A stretch of 64,000 bases of DNA, taken from Eledone cirrhosa (lineage: Eukaryota). Under the pieces are notes generated by a model that had not been told where the DNA came from, did not search any database, and saw only the letters and a program-made list of their open reading frames with translations. This document shows positions 53,895 to 64,000 of this stretch, piece after piece; positions within the stretch are counted from its first letter, which is position 1, and each line of letters starts with the position of its first letter. The stretch spans positions 23,374,001 through 23,438,000 of the forward strand of contig OZ024757.1 of assembly GCA_964016885.1 (NCBI GenBank), written 5' to 3'. The position numbers and the translations under genes were made by a program.

Positions 53895-54115
53895 AGTGGA
53901 TTGGCAGTATCGGTAGAGGGTCGGACGCCATGGTTTGACGCATAGAGTTACGGCCCTTGCCATTCTGAGTTCAAATCCCGCCGAGGTTAACTTTGCCTTT
54001 CATCCTTACGGGGGTCGATAAATAAAGTACCGGTAATGCACTGAGATCAATTTAATCGACTTTCCCCTCCCCCAGAATTTGTTGACCTTGTGCCTAACGT
54101 AGAAACAATTATAAT
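53895..54115 (+). mobile_element. SINE-B (long form)
   Basis: Core motifs plus a tttaatcgactttcccctcccc segment. Confidence 0.9.
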
Positions 54116-55177
54116 AAGGAAGTGTTTTTTGCAGTAGTAGCACAAATAAGTAGAACCTACAATGCTGCCATCTGGTGGTTACCATGGTCTCTTACATTAC
54201 ATGACATAGCCTACAGCTGTGGGTGCACCACATACTCTGCTGCAATTCCACTTTGGTGTATAATACGGGGCTGAATATTTCTGTAATGTTGAGAGAGGGG
54301 GGGGGCATACTTACTAGTTTCTTATAAATTCTGGTTGAAACTGGTGTCTATCTTACCAGTAACATCTTTACATGTCTTAGAATATGACAGAAGTGAAACA
54401 GAAAACATAGGTTTACATGATGCCGCAAAGCTATTTTATGTTTGTTTTTGTGGGGAAAGGGGATGTATGTTTGTTTGTTTGATTGTTTGATTGTTTTTTT
54501 TTATATATATTTTCCTGTAATTTTGTCTTTTTTTTTTTTTTTTTTGTTTTTGTTTTCTATCACCTGAAATATTTCTACCTGATATCTAGTAGCAAGTGTT
54601 AAAACTTATCTTCTTACCTGCCTCACTTAATGACTTTCATTTCACATGGAAACATGAAATCAAGTTAACACACACAAATATCTACACATATACACACATG
54701 TACACAGGCACATATATATATATATATATATATGTATACTTATATATGCACACATACATAGACACACACACACACATGCATATATTTATATATATATATA
54801 TTCATGTGCTTATACATACTCACATATAGTTACACACACACACACACATATAGACATACACTCATATATACTCATACATATTTACATGCACACACAGACA
54901 CATACATACATATAGTCCAAAGAAGTTTGATAGATTTCTATTCCTTTTATTTTACTGTCACCATTTCTTTTATCAGGTTGTCTCCATCAGACGTTTCGTG
55001 AAATCAAATATCAGCACCTATTACAACTAAGCAGCACTTTCAGTTTCTCACAAATTTATAAATAAAAATAATTCTTTAGCTTCTTTCAGAGAGGAAGATT
55101 CTTGTAACAGAGTGTGATAAACATGACATGTTTTGCAATATTTAAAGTAGAGGAATGAAGTGAGGGTGGTGGGAAAT

Positions 55178-55861
55178 ATAAATATATCATATATATATAT
55201 ATATATAATATATATCATATATATATATATATATAATATATATCATATATATATATATATATAATATATATCATATATATTATATATATAATGTATATCA
55301 TATATATATATATATAATGTATATCATATATATATATATATAATGTATATCATATATATATATATATAATGTATATCATATATATATATATAATGTATAT
55401 CATATATATATATAATGTATATCATATATATATATATATAATGTATATCATATATATATATATAATGTATATCATATATATATATATATATAATATATAT
55501 CATATATATATATAATATATATCATATAATATATATAATATATATATATATATAATATATATCATATATATATATATATAATATATATCATATATATATA
55601 TATATAATATATATCATATAATATATATAATATATATATATATATATAATATATATCATATAATATATATAATATATATATATATATATATAATATATAT
55701 CATATATATATATATATAATATATATCATATAATATATATATATATAATATATATCATATATATATATATATATCATATATATATATATATATAATATAT
55801 ACCATATATATATATATATATAATATATACCATATATATATATATATATATAATATATATC

Positions 55862-55931
<70 letters not shown>

Positions 55932-56211
55932 TCATATATATATATATATATATAATATATATCATATATATATATATATATAATATATATCATATATATA
56001 TATATCATATATATATATATCATATATAATATATATATATATATAATATATATATATATAATATATATCATATATATATATAATATATATATATAATATA
56101 TATCATATATATAATATATATATATATAATATATATCATATATATAATATATATATATATAATATATATCATATATATATATATAATATATATCATATAT
56201 ATATAATATAT

Positions 56212-56254
<43 letters not shown>

Positions 56255-56355
56255 TCATATATATATATATATATAATATATAATATATATCATATATATA
56301 TATATAATATATATAATATATATATATATATATATAATATATATCATATATACAT
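55178..56355. repeat. Almost pure A/T satellite (atatatcat(at)n)
   Basis: Directly visible; (AAAAT)n follows at 56433-56514. Confidence 0.95.
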
Positions 56356-57091
56356 ATAAATGTCATTTTGTGATTTCAATTCCTCCAAATAGAATTATTT
56401 GAATGACAAGTGTAAAACTGAATCATTTGAACATAAAATAAAATAAAATAAAATAAAATAAAATAAAATAAAATAAAATAAAATAAAATAAAATAAAATA
56501 AAATAAAATAAAATAGAAATATGGTAGGAAAACTGTAATAGATAAAAAAATGTGTGAAATAAGCAGCCATAGTGTGTAATAGTTTCTGCGGATATTTCAC
56601 CTGTCAGGATTCCTTGTTAACATGGACACTACTGGTATAAAACACTGCAATAAGGATCGGCTTTCAATTTCCCTACAACAATTTATCTCTTATTAAATTC
56701 CCAATCGGCATTCAGTTTATTCAAGATCCACAAATTAGTTTAACGTATTAAATTGTTGGAAGAAGTATCAGTAACATTGAGATAATAGCTCTAAACATGA
56801 ATTTCTCTTCAAACTTCTCTCATCACGAACACAGCATCATTATCAAACCACACATGAATTACATACATTATGATGTAGCTCTGTTATGTTGAAGCTTTGT
56901 TGTTGTTGTATAAAACAGAACAAAATCTCTTCAAGTTAACCAGTGAATGTTTTTAAATTATTAAATCATTTTTTTTTTTATTTTTATTTTCCATTTGGCA
57001 TATTTTAAAAATAACCTTCCTATCTAAACAATACGATAATTCCAAAAATTATAAATTTATAATTTCTGATTTAGGCACAAGGCCAACAATT

Positions 57092-57122
<31 letters not shown>

Positions 57123-57149
57123 GTCAATTAAATCAACTCCAATGCATTC

Positions 57150-57440
57150 TAAAAAAATAAGTCCAAAGTCTGTCTCAAACCCGGGGACTTATCCGGCCAG
57201 TGCTTATCCCAGTTTCTATGGCATGAAGTGACTGACAATACAAGACCTCCCCCTGGACAGGATGCCAATGCATCACTGAGTTAAACTCCCAGCTATTGCT
57301 GGTACTCATTTTCAGCTGAGTATGCTGGAGCACTGGGGGAAATGAAGTGTTTTGTTCAAGAACATATAACCCAGTCCAAGAATTGAACCCAAGATATGTT
57401 TGTTAGTCCAATATCATTACTACTAGGCTATGCACCTCCA
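57150..57440 (-). mobile_element. SINE-D
   Basis: ccctggacaggatgcca..ttctatggcatgaag tail, core and tRNA head. Confidence 0.7.
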
Positions 57441-57557
57441 CAATATAACCAGTGTATGTTTTTAAATTATTAAAAAATCATTTAAATTTTCTTTTTTAAA
57501 TTTGGTGTATTTTAAAAATAACTTTCTTAACTAAACAATACAATATTACAAAGAATA

Positions 57558-58215
57558 CTGTGGATAGCCACAACACTACATGTCTCTACCATATACAACA
57601 TGTAATACTGTGTACATGTTTTAATCCTGGCGATACCCACAACACTACATGTTACCCACCACACTACACGTTTCTACCATATACAACATGTAGTGATACA
57701 TTGTACATGTTTTACTGTGGATGCTCACAAGACTACATGTTTCTACCGCATAAAACATGTAGTGATACATTGTACATGTTTTACTTTGGCGATACCCACA
57801 ACAGTACATGTTTCTACTGCATAAAACATGTGATACATTGTACATGTTTTACTGTGGATACTCACAACACTACATGTTTCTACCATATACAACATGTAGT
57901 GATACAGTGTAGATGTTTTAATCCTGGCGATAGCCACAACACTACATGTTTCTACCGCATAAAACATGTAGTGATACAGTGTACATGTTTTACTTTGGCG
58001 ATACCCACAACACTACATGTTTCTACCATAAAAAAACACCGTAATACTATGTATACGTTCTACACTGGATACCCACAAAACTTGGTGTTTCCGCCACATG
58101 CAACATGTAGGAACATGGCGTATAGGTTCTTGTGTTAATACCCACAAAGCTGCATGTTTCTGAAACATACTACATATAGCAATTCAACATGCATGGTCCA
58201 CTCTGGACAGCCACA
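57558..58215. repeat. Degenerate ~68-bp minisatellite
   Basis: cacaacactacatgtttctacc..catgtagtgataca..tacatgtttta units. Confidence 0.9.
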
Positions 58216-58551
58216 GTTTAAGGCTTATAGTCAGAATAAGAAATAAAAATGAATGTATGATAATTGTTTCTACTTTAGGCACAAGGCCAGCAATTACCCA
58301 GTACATTACTGGTACTTTATTTTATCGACCCTGTAAGGATGAAAGGCAAAGTTAACCTTGGCGGGATTTAAACTCAGATACAATGTATGATAATAATGTA
58401 TTGAGAGATGAACTCGAGAGAAATATTTTGAACAAGACTTTGTTGAAACCCATATCTCAGCACGATACATTTTAATTTATATTTCTTAACCAATTCTTGC
58501 AGAGAGAGACCTACAAAGATTAATTTATTATCTTCATATGGCAGGGATTGG

Positions 58552-58733
58552 CAGTACCAGATTGAGGATAAATGAGGCCCTGTCCTAGTTAAGTTATGAG
58601 GCCCCAAACATTTGATGAAAAATTCATCGTAAAAAGTTTTTTTGGCAGGAAGATGCCCCATCCTCCACCCATCCCCTGAACAACGGAACCCTGTGCTTAA
58701 GCATACCTAAGCACAATGGTAAATCTAGCAGTG
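58552..58733. mobile_element. hAT-type MITE inside a SINE-B head
   Basis: 8-bp target-site duplication gggattgg (58544-58551, 58734-58741); degenerate ends cagtaccagatt / aatctagcagtg. Confidence 0.7.
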
Positions 58734-59369
58734 GGGATTGGTACTATCAGTATAGTATCAAACATGTTCGTTTTGCACCATATAGTTACATCCCTTTACA
58801 ATCTGAGTCGAGGTTAACTTTGCCTTTCATCATCCTTGTAGGGCCAATAAAATAAAGTACCAGTAATGCACTGGGGTCAATTTAATCAACTTTCCCCTCC
58901 CCTTCAAGCTGTTGGTCTTGTACCTAAATCAGAAACCTTAATTAATGAAATTAATTAACTAATTAATATTTACTACAACAATAATTACACACCTCAAAAC
59001 ATACAGCAATTACAGGAGAAAAAAAATTGATTTAATGAGGTTAAGGTCCTGGATTATGGATTAGTGTTTTTAATTAAAACCTCGTTACAGTCACTGAGTT
59101 TTTTTTTTCAGTGCTATAGTATGTTAATTGGACTGTAACTGCTAATTAAGCAATGACCAGTAAGCTGGCTATTCAAATGTAAAACCAATTTCTTTTTCTT
59201 CCAAAAATTAAGCAAATGCACAATTTTGTAAAACACGTACAAAAAATGATCTATTTCTTAATATTGATCTTATTGATCATCTATTTACGTTGTCATAATT
59301 CATATTTTAGTATCTAATGGCAAAATTTAAATAATAAAAAATAATGATAAAATAATACAGGGAAAAAAT

Positions 59370-59622
59370 AATGATAAAAAATATAATAGTAATATCTAAT
59401 TATTATTCTTTGTCCACATATTCCTAGGAGGGTTGTGGGAGCAGAGTCCTCTGACTCGCTTTCGGGGGGGGGGGGGGGGGGGGCTCCTATTAGAAGCAAT
59501 CCATCTCGAAAGTGGACTGACCATTTAAGGCTGAATACAACGTATCACCCAGTCCAAGCATTCAACTCATGACCTTATAATCATGGGCTTCAATGGTCTA
59601 ACCACTAAACCGTGCATCTTCA
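59370..59622 (-). mobile_element. SINE-C (tRNA head plus Expander-RTE tail); second copy at 60005-60205
   Basis: The two copies align with each other; the tail matches 26080-26180. Confidence 0.7.
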
Positions 59623-59624
59623 TA

Positions 59625-61195
59625 TAATTGTTTCTACTATAGGCACAAGGCCAGCAATTACTCAGTACATCACTGGTACTTTATTTTATCGACCCCGTAA
59701 GGATGAAAGGCAAAGTTAACCTCGCCTTTCATCCTTACGGGGTCGATAAAATAAAGTACCAGTGATGTACTGGGTAATTGCTGGCCTTGTGCCAATAGTA
59801 GCTTCATATAATAATTGTTTCTACTTTTGGCACAAGGCCAGCAATTTCCCCAGTGCATTACTGGTACTTTATTTTATCGACCCCTGAAAGGATGAAAGGC
59901 AAAGTTAACCTCAGCTGGATTTGAACTCAGACCGTAAAGGGCCGTAACTTTATGCTGCAAAGCATGGCGTCTGACCCTCTACTGATACTGCCAATGATAA
60001 AAGAAATATAATAGTAATATTTAATCATTATTCTTTGCCCACATATTCCTAGGAGGGTCCTCAAACACGCCTTCTGGAGGGTCCTATTAGAAGTAACCGT
60101 CTCCAAACTGGACAGGATCTTTAAGGTTGAACACAACACATCACCCAGTCCATCACCTTATCGTCATGAGCTGAATGGCCTAACCACTAAACCGTGCACC
60201 TTCATATAATAATGGTTTCTTATATAGGCACAAGGCCAGCAATTTTGGGGGAGGGGAAAGTCGATTATATCGACCCAGAGTGTGACTGGTACTTTATTTT
60301 ATTGACCCCTTAAGGATGAAAAGCAAAGTTAACCTCGGCGGGATTTGAACTCAGAATAGCAAGGGCCGTAACTCAATGCTTCAAAGCATGGCGTCCAACT
60401 CTACTGATACTGCTATTTCACTGCCCTTTCATATAATAATTGTTTCTACTTTTTGGCACAAGGCCAGCAATTATCCCAGTGCATTACTGGTACTTTATTT
60501 TATCGACCCCGTAAGGATGAAAGGCAAAGTTAACCTCGACGGGATTTGAACTCAAAATGGCAAGGGCCGTAACTCTGCTTCAAAGCATGGCGTCCGACCC
60601 TCTACCAATACTGCCAACCACTGTCCTGATTATAACTGTTTCTACTTCTGGCACAAGGCCAGCAATTATTCCAGTGTATTACTGGTACTTTATTTTATCG
60701 ACCCCCGTAAGGATGAAAGACAAAGCTAACCGTGGCGGGATTTGAACTCAGTCCGTAAAGGGACGTAACTCTATGCTGCAAAGCATGGCGTCTGACCCTC
60801 TACCGATACTGCCAATGATTTCTGATTTACGCACAGGGCCAACAATTTTGCAGGGAGGGGAAAATCAATTTTAATCAACCTTTGTGCATTACTGGTACTT
60901 TATTTTATCAACCCTCTAAGCATGAAAATCAAAGCTTTCCTCTCGGGATTTGAACTCAAAATGTAAAGGGCTATAACTCTCTGATGCAGAGCATGTTATC
61001 TGACGCTCTACTAATTACCGTCAATAGTAATAATAATTGTTTCTAATTTAGGTACAAGGCCAACAATTTTAAGGGGGGGGGTGATTAAATCGACTCCAGT
61101 GCATTACTGGTACTTTATTTTATCTACTCTGTAATGATGAAAGGCAAGCTAACCTCGGTGTGATTTGAACTCTGAATGCAAAGGGCCATAACTCT
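59625..61195 (-). mobile_element. Array of ~7 head-to-tail SINE-B copies, including a hairpin at 59632-59801
   Basis: Repeated core and tail motifs. Confidence 0.92.
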
Positions 61196-61662
61196 AATAA
61201 TAACAATGAGAAGAAAATGAAGATATTGTAGATGGACAGGGTTGACTAAGAACCAATTTAATAATTATAACAGGGGTTACATGGTGTGGATCAATGAAAA
61301 CGGTTATACATGAATGTTTCTACAATTGAATGCACTGTTGCCAGTTGCAATCAGCAAGCATTGGCATTAGAAGCTGGGGTTCTATTAAATACGAAGACGA
61401 GGGTTACACATTGAACTAATCACAAACTATTGCATTATAAAACATTACCAATAGCAATCCTGGAGAATATTCGATAGTTACACATACTTCCCAATTGTCT
61501 ACTAATTGCTTTTATAAATATCAAATTTATACTGGACAAAAAATAATGGATAAAAAAGAAACAAGTATAGATGCTTGATTGATTCTTGACAATAGTATGT
61601 CAGTTAATGAATTTAACCTTTATATTAGAATATATGTTGTGTATTGCTTTTTGTGAAGGAAG

Positions 61663-62170
61663 TGGAGGCCCGTGGCCTAATGGTAAGAGAGTTGGACTTA
61701 CAATCATAAAGTCATGGGTTTGATTCCTGGACTGGATTGTGTGTTATGTTCTTGAGCAAAACACCTCATTTCACGTTGCTCCATTATACTCAGTTGAAAA
61801 TGGGTACAAGCAATATCTGGCTTTCTCTCCAGGGGACTGGCATTTTCTCCAGGGGAAATCTTGTTCTGTCGGTTGTTTTATGCTACAGAAATTGGGTTAA
61901 GTACTGACTTGATGAGCCTCCAGACTTGAGACAGACTTTAACCTTGTGATGGACTAGCAGCTTGTCCAGGGGGAATCTTGTACTCTCGGTTGTTTTATGC
62001 TACAGAAATTGGGTTAAGTACTGGCTTGATGAGCCTCCAGACTTGAGACAGACTTTAACCCTCTGATGGACTAGCAGCTTGTCCAGGGGGAGTCTTGTAC
62101 TCTCCATCATTTCATGCCACGGACTGGGATAAGAACCAACCTGACTAACCTCAGGGATCATGACTTTAAA
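61663..62170 (+). mobile_element. SINE-D with a triplicated 3' module
   Basis: tccagggg..gttgttttatgctacagaaattgggttaag..cagactttaacc repeated. Confidence 0.8.
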
Positions 62171-62205
62171 CTTTTTGTTTTGTGAAGAAGACTTTATAGA
62201 AGATA

Positions 62206-62565
62206 CATCATCATCATCACCGTTTTACGTCCGTTCTTCCACGCTAGCATGGGTTAGACGGGTTGTCCTGTTGTGGGCAGTGTCTGGTCGGCTGACCATG
62301 CCTTGCTCATACAGGAACTGATTTGGCTTGATTTCTACAGCTGGATGCCCTTCCTAACACCAACCTCATTTACAGTGAGTGCTGGGTGCTTTTTCGTGGC
62401 GCCTACACGTCCACTTTACAGTGTGGGCTGGGTGCTTTTTTGCCGTGGCACCTCCACGACCACCTTGCGGTAGGGGTGTGGGGGCATATTGTCTATATGC
62501 TTCAGCTTGTACCCATGGAAGGTCGGGTACTCTGTATTACTGCATGACGCCAGAGGTCACGGTTG
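62206..62565 (-). mobile_element. RTE family-1 3'UTR/tail
   Basis: Near-identical to 4571-4935. Confidence 0.92.
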
Positions 62566-62904
62566 TGATTAAAGAATTGAATGGGTTGCGTCTTTAGAAG
62601 CTAGAGTTGTAAGAACATATAACAAAATCCCTTGCTGTGCTTTTCCTGGCTTTATGTGTTTAGTTCTAATTCTAGTTGAGATCTTTGGTTTATATTCACT
62701 TTTTGAATTTCCTGCCAATATGTTCCCTAACAATGGTCAGTTTTACCGACATCCTCCTTGAAAGACGTCACATATCCTTACAGCTCTGAAACTGCTACAC
62801 ATGTGATGGCAGTCACTAGACTTGTAGGAGTCATTTGAACAACCTTCTCCATTCCAGGGAGATGATCACCTGCTGAGGACATGCATCCAGCACCAAGCTA
62901 CATA

Positions 62905-63290
62905 ATTATTTCTACTTTTGGCACAAGGTGAGCAATTATCCCAGTGCATTACTGGTACTTTATTTTATCGACCCCGTAAGGATGAAAGGCAAAGTTAACT
63001 CTGGCGGAATTTGAACTCAGACCATAAAGGGCTGTAACTCTTTGCTGCAAAGCATGGTGCCCAACCCTCTACCGATACTGCCAATCCACTGCCCTAAAAT
63101 AATTGTTTCTACTTTTTGGCACAAGGCCAGCAATTACCCAGCGCATTACTGGTACTTTATTTTATCGACCCCGTAAGGATGAAAGGCAAAGTTAACCCCG
63201 GCGGGATTTGAACTCAGAATGGCAAGGGCCGTAACTCTATGTGTCAAAGCATGGCGTCCGACCCTCTACCGATACTGCCAATCCAGCTAC
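62905..63290 (-). mobile_element. Two tandem SINE-B copies
   Basis: Core and tail motifs. Confidence 0.92.
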
Positions 63291-63677
63291 ATAATGTCTG
63301 CAGATATTACCTAACTACTCTGAATACTGGTTGCAATTGGAACTATTCTTGAGAGACAAGAGCACAGAAACTGCTTAATGGTCCAGGTTTATATGATATA
63401 CAAATATCATTAGCCACACATAGTAGCTTATCTTACTGATTAACATATGTGTGCACGCTGAGTTATAGCTATGTATTTCTAACTAACAAACCTTGTAATA
63501 TCATTGAGTGATGGCAGAAGCTATACAGATTCTTTTCAACTAGCTTTGTAAACCAATCTTTATATATATATATGTATATATGTATATATATATATATGTA
63601 TGTATGTATATATATATATATGTATGTATGTGCATATATATGTGTGTGTGAGTGAATGTGTCTGCATACATTATTTA

Positions 63678-63865
63678 TGATTGGCAGTATCGGTAGAGGG
63701 TCGGACGCCATGCTTTGATGCATAGAGTTATGGCCCTTGCCATTCTGAGTTCAAATCCCACCGAGGTTAACTTTGCCTTTCATCCTTACGGGGTCGATAA
63801 AATAAAGTACCAGTAATACACTGGGTAATTGCTAGCCTTGTGCCAAAAGTAGAAACAATTATTTA
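63678..63865 (+). mobile_element. SINE-B
   Basis: Core and tail motifs; inverted relative to 62905-63290. Confidence 0.92.
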
Positions 63866-64000
63866 TATATATATATATATTTATTAAAATAACAGATTAA
63901 AATTTAAGCAAAGAATCGCGGCTTTCACACTAACAGGATCTTCTGAAACTAAAAAAGTCAATCTGTGAACTCAGAAGTAAATATTTCAAAAATACATATT

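Overview
This is AT-rich, repeat-saturated eukaryotic DNA with no recognisable host gene. The SINE, RTE and piggyBac-MITE families resemble those I recall from octopod cephalopods; that assignment is an inference. Nearly all supplied ORFs are read-throughs of micro- and minisatellites. The only real coding remnants are decayed RTE-clade LINE fragments and a mariner transposase N-terminus. The window holds at least five tRNA-headed SINE families, several DNA-transposon MITEs (piggyBac-like, hAT, mariner/pogo), Helitron ends and about 15 tandem arrays. The most striking signal is a set of about 11 short elements from several sequence families, each embedded in (TA)n tracts. Most are built as inverted or fold-back repeats and carry complete or half hammerhead ribozymes (HHRs; CTGANGA...GAAA, minimal type I, often with a palindromic helix-III loop). 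Their inversion junctions often fall inside the ribozyme. This fits non-autonomous Penelope-like (PLE) or retrozyme-type elements. Also notable: a possible degenerate HDV-like ribozyme, a satellite born inside a SINE, SINE tails borrowed from different RTE LINEs, and self-copied SINE hairpins. All structures were read by eye, and coordinates of degenerate elements are approximate.
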